Positions 9,705 through 18,794 of a stretch of DNA of 35,127 nt are shown piece after piece. The notes below the pieces were generated by a model, which saw nothing but the letters and a program-made list of their open reading frames with translations, made no database searches and was not told where the DNA came from. Position numbers and translations under genes: made by a program. Source of the stretch: Trichomonas gallinae (lineage: Eukaryota); contig MRSU01000062.1 in the NCBI GenBank assembly GCA_008369845.1, positions 1 to 35,127 on the forward strand, written 5' to 3'. Every line of letters begins with the position of its first letter. The stretch's first letter is position 1.

Positions 9705-12700
9705 ATGTCGAGCAATTCCCCAAAACGGGCTTTATCGAGTACTCAGGGCTCGTTTTTGGCGGTATTGAATAAGCTAGAACTTGATTTAGAACACGTGGAT
9801 ACGATTGAACAGATCACATTCGATCTAAATTCTTCAACAATACCAAAATGTCAAGAAAAATTCAATTTGAAGATCCACTCGCTTATACAATCAAATAAAT
9901 GTTCGATATTTAATGCAGATTCGGTGAAAAATGAAAATGATAAAATCAAAGTTCAAAAAGTTATTGATGTACTCGATATTTTTGAGTTTACTTTAGATCC
10001 AGAAGATGCAACTGCATTGTTTGCTGATGAAAATGTCCATTTAAATTCAATAGTTGGACTATTATATTCAAGTTTACTACAATATAATGGACAAAATCCG
10101 AAAAAATTCAATGCATTATTTTCCGCAGTTCGAAGGTATTTGACAACGTTTATCAGTTCATTTGTTGTCACTCCAGAATCTATTAATCAAAATTCAATCT
10201 ACACAATTCAAATGATATTCAAGATATTTTGCATAACAGAACGAAATGAATTGAAGTATAGATCGTTTATTCATGATTTTACACAAAAATTACTTGACAA
10301 ACATTCAGAATTAATTAATTCGAAAGTCATGTTAAATTATTTCAATATGCTTCTGTTTATTGCAAATATTATATCAAAATATGAGCCAACGAAAGCATTT
10401 GAATACATGATTATCATATACGATAACTTTCCAGAAACAAATTCTTCATTATTCATCGAATTATCAATATCAATGACAAATGTTCTGCCTAAGATTGACT
10501 ATTCGTCTATGATAATACAAATAGATACATTACTTTATCATTTATGCTGCGATTTTTTAATTATTAATTCTAATTCACTGCATATCTGCATTTTAGCGCA
10601 AAATATATGCTCTCTTTACATGAAAAATAACATATTGAAGTCAAAGCACTTGAAACAAATCATTAAACTGCTTGAAAGACTGAATATTTCAAATGTTGAA
10701 CATTTAACGAAAATGCACTGTTTCATGATGCTTTCTGATAAGGTTTTTCTCAATGTTAACTATAATTCGTCATTGGTTGACAGCAAATACATATTAAACT
10801 CAATAATAAATATTATCACGAATTTGTTGCAGCAATTAACTATATTACCACGTAAATCAACTAACTTTAACGAAATATGTGCAAATATGCAGTCATTCTC
10901 CGAAGAAATTGTTCAAATCAAAGATTTTATTTCATCTGTCTTCAAAATCATTCTCCACATGATTAATTCAGAAAATCATTGCCTTCATTACTATTTATCA
11001 TGGAATATTGATGCTACAGAGTACGAGCTTTTGAAAAACATGTTTTTGAATATTTTATCGCAATTAAATTCGCATTGCAACTCTTACTGGGAGTATTATC
11101 AAAAGATTACACATATAGATCATCCTTCAACAGATCCACAATATTATCTTTATTCTGCCAAAAATTATGATGTGATTGTTGCTGCAAAATCTTGTATGAC
11201 AGATTACCACAATACTGCATCTTTAATTATCGACTTTGCATCAAATTCGCCGAATTTGTTCATTAAAGACGTGATTTTATCTTTAATGAATCAAATTATC
11301 GAGAAAGAAAGCGAAATTAGCTTTGCACTCCAATATGTTCTGTTTAACCAACTCTTTATATCACCATTCTTCGACTCAATTCTCAAATTACTCGATAAAA
11401 TTGAGCTGTTTCCAATAATTATCAGATCATTAACACCAATAATTAAAGAAATGAGCAAACACCATGAAGATCATACAGAATGCACTAAAGAAGTCAAGGA
11501 TATCATATTAAAAGTTATAGAAGTCGTTCATTCCTCTCTTCAATATCAAAACGTTTTCAATTTCTTGACAAAATTCACAGAATACTCGTTCTTAATTGGA
11601 TGCTATGAAAATGATATAATATCCTTCAGAGTAATTGGCAAATTACTTGATTTTTCGCCAATAACATATCCAAGAAATACTGAATACTTTAATTTTCTTG
11701 AGTACTGCATATCCAAAAACGCTGAGATAGTCAATGACGACAATTTCATGGAACAATTTTTATACTTTATGCCTGACAATTTCAACAAATGTTTGGAAAT
11801 TCTTGAAAAAACTTCATTTTCGTCCGATTATTTCGCAAATAGGAAATATTTCATGAAGATTGCCAATATTTGCTACCAGAACCTTCCCAACTGCTCATCG
11901 CACACAAGAACCTTCATAATTCAATTAATTAAAACATTAACACCAAAGCAATTCAATAATCTGTCCGCTTTAACGCTAAATGCAGATGAAGAGGTTATGT
12001 TATCACTATGCAATAACCAATATTCGGCATCTGTTGACGCACAAAGATTTACAACTGAGTTTTTGGTAAATTTCTCTGGAAGCAAGTTTGACAGCGACAT
12101 CTACAAAGCTGTCGTCATTGAGATGTTTTCTCATTCGATGGTCAACGCCAGGGCCAGGTTTATCGCGCATTTTATGGTTGATGGATTATTAACGAAAATT
12201 AATTTAATCGATTTGTCGCAGATTTATCCGAAAATAATGTCTAAACCTGCTTACATTGCTTATATATTGTTCTCTGCATTCCAACACAGCGTGATTATCG
12301 ATAAAATCACGACACTTGACATATTTGCAAGTTCTACTGGAATTGACTCGATAATTTATGAACTTTTGCTTCTCTATGAGTTCTATCCGCAACATAATGG
12401 ATACATTTCGCTCAAAATTGCTGAATTTCTTGGATCAATTTTGGAATTTAAGAAATTGACAAGTAATCCATATATAGAGTTCGTTAATTCACATGTAATT
12501 CCATTTGCAACCACAAAATATCCACTTTTACTTGATTCTTCATTGATTTATCCAGAAATTAGCTGTTTTGAGGAGAAAATCAGGAGAATTTTCGAAATAT
12601 CGCATAACATATCGTTTATAAAGGAAAACAACAACGCAGAGTTAAAATTATTAATAACACAAGAATCAATTGAATCAAGAATTTTCTTGGCAAACTGCGT

Positions 12701-15700
12701 GAACCCAAAAACAACTGATGCCAAGCAGACTATCTTGGATCTGTTAAATGACGGAAAATACGAAACTGCTGGACTTTTATTGAGATCTTATCATGATATT
12801 TCATTTTCTTTTGATATCAACATGTTCATGCAAGATTTGATCAAAAACCAGTTGGATACAATCTCATTGTATATATATAGAGCAAAACAATTCGAAAATG
12901 AAGAAATTTCTAAAATTATTCCAATTGTCAATGGAGCAATACTCAGAGGCTCGCCAATTAAAGCCATTCAAGCCACTTTATTTGTCAATATCCTTCAATC
13001 TGAAAAATCAAATTTTGTTTTCAGCACAGCAATTGAATTAAACAACATCGAAAAACTCATTGTCACATACCGAGTGGATCATGAAAGTGTTTGCCAACAA
13101 ATAATCGAATTTTTGGACAAATTTGCAAATATTCTTGAAGAAAATGGAAATTACAATGCTAAATTAATTGGTGATGTCGAAAAATTGATAGATATCATTT
13201 TGTCCTCCGATGTTTCGCAATTTATCGTTCGTGATTCAAAAATAATTCTTCCTTTGCTCAAATTATGCAGAGTTTTACCATCAGCATTGAAGAATTTTAT
13301 CTTATTATACCAAAACAACCTTTCTCTTGTTTCAAAATTCATTCATGAACATATTAATGATAAAAATATCTCAGATTTGATGATATTATATGAATTAATC
13401 GAAAAATATGACTGCAAGAAGAATTCAAGCACATATGAGAAGAACTTAATCGAAAAGAAGCCTTCATCAGTTTTATCTTTAATTTTATTCTGCAAATCAT
13501 CATCAGATTCGATTGATCACAGACTAGATAGCATAATTAGGCTCTATTTCCCAAGATCCATGAAGTATTTGATCAAAATTCCAAATTTATTCAAAGAAAA
13601 TTATTTACAATTTTTGCTCGACTTTTATCGCCAGAAATTCTACATTGGTCTTATTGAACTTGTCCCATGCATCATTGATTCAGGAGATCCACGTGCAATT
13701 TCAGTTGTAGAAAAATTCTTTTTAGATTTTGTTTCTCATGGTAAACATAACAGGGCTGACATCATCAATCTCGCATCTAAACTTAAGCCAAAGTACAAGA
13801 AAATGTTTTTACACTTTCTTGCTAAATCAATTTATAAATTTAATATTCAAAAATATTCAAAAGACCCAATACAATGCATGCCATACTTCTCCTTGGAGAC
13901 ATTATTAAAGAACGCTATGCAAGATAAGGCGGGAGGAAGTTTTGAAAGATTAATAACTTCACTGCACTTTTACGTTGATGATAATGCAGTTACAGCTCTT
14001 CAAAACACAAGATTATGGAATTCTATAGATGCTGATGCTATGGAGAAGTGGAGAAACGCTTATTTCAGATTTGCAAATTATCCTAATATTGTTTGTCAAT
14101 TATTCGAAATGATTCAAGAAGATACGTACGAGAACTACCACATAGATATATTCAAAGAAGTCTACGTTCACCAGACACTTGTTATAAGAGCGAAATCAGA
14201 TCCAAAACAGATTTATCAATATTTAAATGTCATCAATGTAATAATCAACTCGATTGGAAAAAGCTACCTTAAATTCGACAAAATGTTCCAAGCGAATATC
14301 GCGCAGCACATCGCTATAACACTTGCAGAGATGACGAATGGTTACGTAGATGACTGGATAATGTGCCAGAACAAAAATATCTTCAAGTGGATGAACATTT
14401 TCGTCGAAAACACTTTCAAAGCCATGCCTTTCGTAGAATCTGTTTTTAAGGCCGCCAAACAAGTTCTTCCGAAAGCACACGAGAACCCTAAGAGGTCTAA
14501 AATGTTATTAGAGTGTCTGGGCTTCATAACAAGATTCACTTCGAATGCGATTCCTCATGATTTGGTTGAAATATTTTTGGATTTGTCGCTGGAAGAAAAT
14601 GGAGAAATCTGGCCTTACGGAGTTTTAGCTTTATCAGGCTGTTTAGATGCAAACGAGAAGCTCCTAAAGAGTGTTATTCCCAAGTTCTACGAGAAGAAGA
14701 TTGTCTACAGGATTTTCCCGATGTTAAATGTTTTAGCTGTTAACGCAGAAAACAAAACAATGGCGATGGCAAATTTCGCGATCGCTTTCGCTAAATCATA
14801 TGATGTCAACACTAGTTTCGATCCGACGTATTTTCTCGGAATTATCTTCGAAATCAAATCTGCTGACATATTCGAACTGATCAAGAAAGAACTACAAATT
14901 GCAAGAAATTCAATTGATTTGGTCGAGTCAAGGAGATACATTTTCAACTTATTCGTCGCCATTTTCACGAGTGGAATACAGAACAAATACTTAAAGAATC
15001 TAGTGAACGATTCATTGTCGCAGCCAGAAGTGATTAAAGTCTTCAAGGATTATCCAGCTTATTCACGATTCATCTACGAAAGAGTTAAAAATGCATCGAA
15101 ACTAAAAATGCTGACAACAATTCCTATAGATGGGGAAATCAACTTAACGAATTCAACAGTCAGAGAACACCCTGAACAATTCTCGGAGCTTACTTCTATA
15201 GTTGTTGCAATGTTCAGTAGAAAGCAAACAATAAAATCATACATGACTCTCCTGAAATCGAACTTGAATTTCAAACTCAAAAAGATAAGCGTCACAAGTG
15301 ATTTTTACGTCGACATCAAAATCGGCATTGAATCTGTTTTCGACCATGAATTGGGTAAATGGCCGGCATTGCAATCATCAACTGTCGAATATCTCAGCTC
15401 CAAAGTTAGCAAGATTTCTTTGTCAACACTTGCTGCATTGCTTGGATACTCATCTATTGCTTTAGAAAACTCTAATATCCAAAAGAACGAAAATTTCAAC
15501 TCGAAAATTACAAAAATTCTAAAGAACCTGTTCAATTCGACAAATGAAGCCAAGATGAATATGCTCAGCAACGTTGACCAGCAAGTTTCTTTCACTGGAT
15601 CTTTAAGAGAATTCATGATTCGTGCTGTTCTAGCGCAAGAATTTAAATCAGCTTTGTCCGGGAATGGTTTGTTCAACTATACTCTTCCGCACTGCATTCC

Positions 15701-17177
15701 ACAAGTCTACCATTCTGCTTACAAAATACTCAGATCTCAGTGGTGCGAAGTTGAAGATCCGCAGCTTGAATCAATTCACCAAAAAATGTTTGACAAGTCT
15801 GCATTTTTATATGGATGCGAAATGAAAATGATCAAAGAAAATGTCGACTACAAAAACTTAACTGCAGAAAACATGAAATCGTTTATCTTGAACAAGATTT
15901 CACTGGCTGATTATAAGTCGGACAACTCATTCGGTCAGCAAATTCGCGCTGCATTAAGATTGTCGACATCAGACATTTTGCTTGCAGCTTTATACAATTC
16001 GGGCTTTGATCCAAACTGGTCTGTGCCTTTTGAATGGTCACCGCTCTTCTTGAGCAAGAGAGGAAACGTTCCTTATGTTTCTTCGGCTTTTTATTTGAGC
16101 ATGCCGATAGATTTCGTTCCAACTGATGCACTTCCTTCCATGGAAACATTCAGAGCATTTATCGGCAGAATATCAGATATCAATCTCGTGCAGGAAATTA
16201 AATCAGCTGATGCAATCGATTATAGCTCATCAGAGCAATTCAGGAGAGCGGCCATGAACAAGGAAAACTATATCCCGAGAACTTCATTTTTATTGGAAAC
16301 ATATCATCCTTTTGTAGTCCATTCATCATTCAACAACTTGAGAGCTCCACTCATTCGCGATAATGTTAACTTGTTGACAGCAACAGCATCAGTTAAACTG
16401 CCAGAAGACAACCACATAACAGTTGACGGGCGACTGAGCAACGGAAAATCATGCAAATACATTTTATCTTACAGAGACAATTTTGATTCTAGATTCCATG
16501 TATTTTGCCAAGCGATTTCGAGAATTCTAAAGAAGTCACCGTCAGCTACACTAAGATCAATGATTGTTTCTTCATTCCCTGTCTGCAGAGTTGGTGATTT
16601 CACGATGATTTTGACAAATGGAAAACCACTACTACCTAAAATAGGAATGTTCAGAGCAAAACCGCCGAAAGTCCATAAACGTGTCAAAGAGTACAAATTC
16701 ATGACAACTAAAGAGAAGTGTGAGTGGCAGAGGATACTCATATCAAGAGTTGCCGCTCTGTCTGTTCTCCAATACATTGTTTCATCGCCTGTTCCCAATC
16801 CATACAATTTATTCATCGATTTTTCGAATGCAAGTGTTTCCGCTGCGAATTTGAGGATCAGCGTCGATGATGAAGACAACTTCATTTTCCCGAAGCTGAC
16901 TGGGCACATAAAGAAGTACTTGGGAATATTTGATGGGCAGATGAGCATCTCCATGCAGTCTGCTGCTGTCTCTATGATGATGTTTACTCACAGCATCAAA
17001 GTTCTTGCGCACGCTTTAATGGGATTCAGTGTAGAGGACACAGAGATGATAGAGGCAGCACTAGATGATATCGGTAACATCAGCAAAGAAAGATATGCTG
17101 ATTCGTTCCAGTCAATCAACAAATTGATTGAACAAGGAACAAACGAGGAAATAGAATATGCAATCCCATGGTTATAA
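9705..17177 (+). CDS. TRRAP: TRRAP/Tra1-like PIKK-family pseudokinase (2490 aa)
   Basis: Long HEAT-like helical body. The C-terminal PIKK-like region has ITVDGRLSNGKSCKYIL, LQYIVSSPVPNPYNLFIDFSNASV and FPKLTGHIKKYL, and ends in a FATC-like AIPWL. Catalytic DxxxxN/DFG motifs are not seen. Confidence 0.65.
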   Translation: MSSNSPKRALSSTQGSFLAVLNKLELDLEHVDTIEQITFDLNSSTIPKCQEKFNLKIHSLIQSNKCSIFNADSVKNENDKIKVQKVIDVLDIFEFTLDPEDATALFADENVHLNSIVGLLYSSLLQYNGQNPKKFNALFSAVRRYLTTFISSFVVTPESINQNSIYTIQMIFKIFCITERNELKYRSFIHDFTQKLLDKHSELINSKVMLNYFNMLLFIANIISKYEPTKAFEYMIIIYDNFPETNSSLFIELSISMTNVLPKIDYSSMIIQIDTLLYHLCCDFLIINSNSLHICILAQNICSLYMKNNILKSKHLKQIIKLLERLNISNVEHLTKMHCFMMLSDKVFLNVNYNSSLVDSKYILNSIINIITNLLQQLTILPRKSTNFNEICANMQSFSEEIVQIKDFISSVFKIILHMINSENHCLHYYLSWNIDATEYELLKNMFLNILSQLNSHCNSYWEYYQKITHIDHPSTDPQYYLYSAKNYDVIVAAKSCMTDYHNTASLIIDFASNSPNLFIKDVILSLMNQIIEKESEISFALQYVLFNQLFISPFFDSILKLLDKIELFPIIIRSLTPIIKEMSKHHEDHTECTKEVKDIILKVIEVVHSSLQYQNVFNFLTKFTEYSFLIGCYENDIISFRVIGKLLDFSPITYPRNTEYFNFLEYCISKNAEIVNDDNFMEQFLYFMPDNFNKCLEILEKTSFSSDYFANRKYFMKIANICYQNLPNCSSHTRTFIIQLIKTLTPKQFNNLSALTLNADEEVMLSLCNNQYSASVDAQRFTTEFLVNFSGSKFDSDIYKAVVIEMFSHSMVNARARFIAHFMVDGLLTKINLIDLSQIYPKIMSKPAYIAYILFSAFQHSVIIDKITTLDIFASSTGIDSIIYELLLLYEFYPQHNGYISLKIAEFLGSILEFKKLTSNPYIEFVNSHVIPFATTKYPLLLDSSLIYPEISCFEEKIRRIFEISHNISFIKENNNAELKLLITQESIESRIFLANCVNPKTTDAKQTILDLLNDGKYETAGLLLRSYHDISFSFDINMFMQDLIKNQLDTISLYIYRAKQFENEEISKIIPIVNGAILRGSPIKAIQATLFVNILQSEKSNFVFSTAIELNNIEKLIVTYRVDHESVCQQIIEFLDKFANILEENGNYNAKLIGDVEKLIDIILSSDVSQFIVRDSKIILPLLKLCRVLPSALKNFILLYQNNLSLVSKFIHEHINDKNISDLMILYELIEKYDCKKNSSTYEKNLIEKKPSSVLSLILFCKSSSDSIDHRLDSIIRLYFPRSMKYLIKIPNLFKENYLQFLLDFYRQKFYIGLIELVPCIIDSGDPRAISVVEKFFLDFVSHGKHNRADIINLASKLKPKYKKMFLHFLAKSIYKFNIQKYSKDPIQCMPYFSLETLLKNAMQDKAGGSFERLITSLHFYVDDNAVTALQNTRLWNSIDADAMEKWRNAYFRFANYPNIVCQLFEMIQEDTYENYHIDIFKEVYVHQTLVIRAKSDPKQIYQYLNVINVIINSIGKSYLKFDKMFQANIAQHIAITLAEMTNGYVDDWIMCQNKNIFKWMNIFVENTFKAMPFVESVFKAAKQVLPKAHENPKRSKMLLECLGFITRFTSNAIPHDLVEIFLDLSLEENGEIWPYGVLALSGCLDANEKLLKSVIPKFYEKKIVYRIFPMLNVLAVNAENKTMAMANFAIAFAKSYDVNTSFDPTYFLGIIFEIKSADIFELIKKELQIARNSIDLVESRRYIFNLFVAIFTSGIQNKYLKNLVNDSLSQPEVIKVFKDYPAYSRFIYERVKNASKLKMLTTIPIDGEINLTNSTVREHPEQFSELTSIVVAMFSRKQTIKSYMTLLKSNLNFKLKKISVTSDFYVDIKIGIESVFDHELGKWPALQSSTVEYLSSKVSKISLSTLAALLGYSSIALENSNIQKNENFNSKITKILKNLFNSTNEAKMNMLSNVDQQVSFTGSLREFMIRAVLAQEFKSALSGNGLFNYTLPHCIPQVYHSAYKILRSQWCEVEDPQLESIHQKMFDKSAFLYGCEMKMIKENVDYKNLTAENMKSFILNKISLADYKSDNSFGQQIRAALRLSTSDILLAALYNSGFDPNWSVPFEWSPLFLSKRGNVPYVSSAFYLSMPIDFVPTDALPSMETFRAFIGRISDINLVQEIKSADAIDYSSSEQFRRAAMNKENYIPRTSFLLETYHPFVVHSSFNNLRAPLIRDNVNLLTATASVKLPEDNHITVDGRLSNGKSCKYILSYRDNFDSRFHVFCQAISRILKKSPSATLRSMIVSSFPVCRVGDFTMILTNGKPLLPKIGMFRAKPPKVHKRVKEYKFMTTKEKCEWQRILISRVAALSVLQYIVSSPVPNPYNLFIDFSNASVSAANLRISVDDEDNFIFPKLTGHIKKYLGIFDGQMSISMQSAAVSMMMFTHSIKVLAHALMGFSVEDTEMIEAALDDIGNISKERYADSFQSINKLIEQGTNEEIEYAIPWL

Positions 17178-17594
17178 TAAACTGTTTTTGTATTTTATTT
17201 AAATTCAACAAGATTCATTATCATAATTTCAAAAAAAATTATATTTTTCATAGTAATCGAAATTAACAAAGGAAATTATTATTTAATGTGTAAGCATTAG
17301 ATGATCAAAGTATTTGTTAATAAAAATTAAATTATGAATTATATCAAAAATTGTCTAGAAATATAATCAAAATAATATGATTAATTGATTAACTTGATGT
17401 AAACTGCTAATTTCTACTCAAGAATTAGAATAGAAATGAATGGAATTATCAAATATATAATTTTCAAGGAAATATATGGTTGTATTCTAGGGAGAGTTGT
17501 AGTGATTTTCTATTTTCTAAATTTGCAGCAATTGCATAAGATTTTTGTCTTTTTTTTGGTTTTTGATTTTCTATTTTTATAAGTATTAAAAATT

Positions 17595-18050
17595 TTACTG
17601 AACCTTCTCGCAGACACCACCTGCGGCCTTGATCTTCTTCTCAGCCTCTTCAGAGAAGTCCTTAGCACGAACAATGAATGGGATCTGTGGAAGCTCACCA
17701 CGAGCAAGAACCTTGAAGAAACCGTTCTGGACGCAGTCGATAACTGGGACAGCCTCACCCTTCTTGGCGGCAGCAGCCTTGACGCGGACTTCCTCTGGAA
17801 CGAGTGTCCAAAGCTTGTCGACGTTGATTGTTGGCTCATACTCGTCAGCGCGGTTCTTCATGAGGTGAAGGTGGCGCATACCGACCTTGCCGAAGTAGCC
17901 TGGGTGGAAGCGATCGAACCATGTTCTCTGGTGATGCTGACCACCGGCACGACCGTGACCACCTGGGGAAACACGGTGCTTGCCGACACGGCCGTAACCC
18001 ATTGTGACGTAACCACGGAGTTTTCTGTTCTTATGGAAGCGTGTAGGCAT
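17595..18050 (-). CDS. RPL27A: 60S ribosomal protein L27a (uL15)
   Basis: [55 protein letters not shown] and [10 protein letters not shown] are hallmark uL15 sequences; strongly biased codons. Confidence 0.97.
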   Translation of the reverse strand: MPTRFHKNRKLRGYVTMGYGRVGKHRVSPGGHGRAGGQHHQRTWFDRFHPGYFGKVGMRHLHLMKNRADEYEPTINVDKLWTLVPEEVRVKAAAAKKGEAVPVIDCVQNGFFKVLARGELPQIPFIVRAKDFSEEAEKKIKAAGGVCEKVQ

Positions 18051-18057
18051 AAGAAAA

Positions 18058-18062
18058 AAAGG
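18058..18062 (-). promoter_or_regulatory. CCTTT (M5-type) initiator upstream of RPL27a
   Basis: The minus strand reads GGCCTTTTTTTCTTATG. CCTTT is the alternative initiator described for T. vaginalis ribosomal-protein genes. Confidence 0.55.
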
Positions 18063-18164
18063 CCGACCAAACTCTATCGTCCTTTTTTGTGAGGTTTACT
18101 TTTCTGTCTTTTTCGCTTCTTTGACTATATTATTGTACACCAATCGCATTTTTTGACTTATTTT

Positions 18165-18555
18165 TTGGAAAACTCGAGATTTTGAAAATTGGTTAAAAAA
18201 TTTGATGATTTTTTGGAATTTCATGATTATTTTTATTAATAGAAAATGTATTAGAATACTATTTTAATTGATTTATTTGGAAAACTCGAGATTTTAAAAT
18301 TTGGATTTAAAAAATTGGTTTTGAAGCATTTTATAGTGATTTTTATTAGGAGAAATAAAATTAGAAATTGAATGTTATTAATTTACTTAGAAAATCCAAG
18401 ATTTTAAAAATTGTTAAAAAAAATTGATTTTGAAGTATTTTAAGATAATATTTATCTATTATTGCTATGATTTGGTATGTTTCTGTCTAACATATATCGA
18501 TAACTCGAGAATTTTATTTTTGATAAAAATTTCTTTTAAGAAGCAATATTTTATA
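18165..18555. repeat. Degenerate tandem array, about 110-bp period, about 4 copies
   Basis: An AAAACTCGAGATTTT-like core recurs at about 18171, 18281, 18391 and 18501, each followed by AAAATT.G...TTTTGAAG.ATTTT-like sequence. Confidence 0.7.
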
Positions 18556-18794
18556 ATAATTTTCATCTATATTTGGTGTAATTAAATATAATTATGATCC
18601 AACTTTGGATGAAACATGATAATTTGTCCATGTTATACTCACCTGAGCTGTTCCATTTGAAATTATATATAAATGAAGGTGAAAACATCAACTTATATAC
18701 ATGTATATAAGCATCTAAACAATAAAATCAGAAAAAAAATATAATTTTTAATCTTGCTTACAAATCTATATAATATACAAAAAAATTCAAAGAC

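Noticed and set aside
9953..17012. Short minus-strand ORFs within the TRRAP-like gene
   Set aside because: Antisense shadows of a long CDS.
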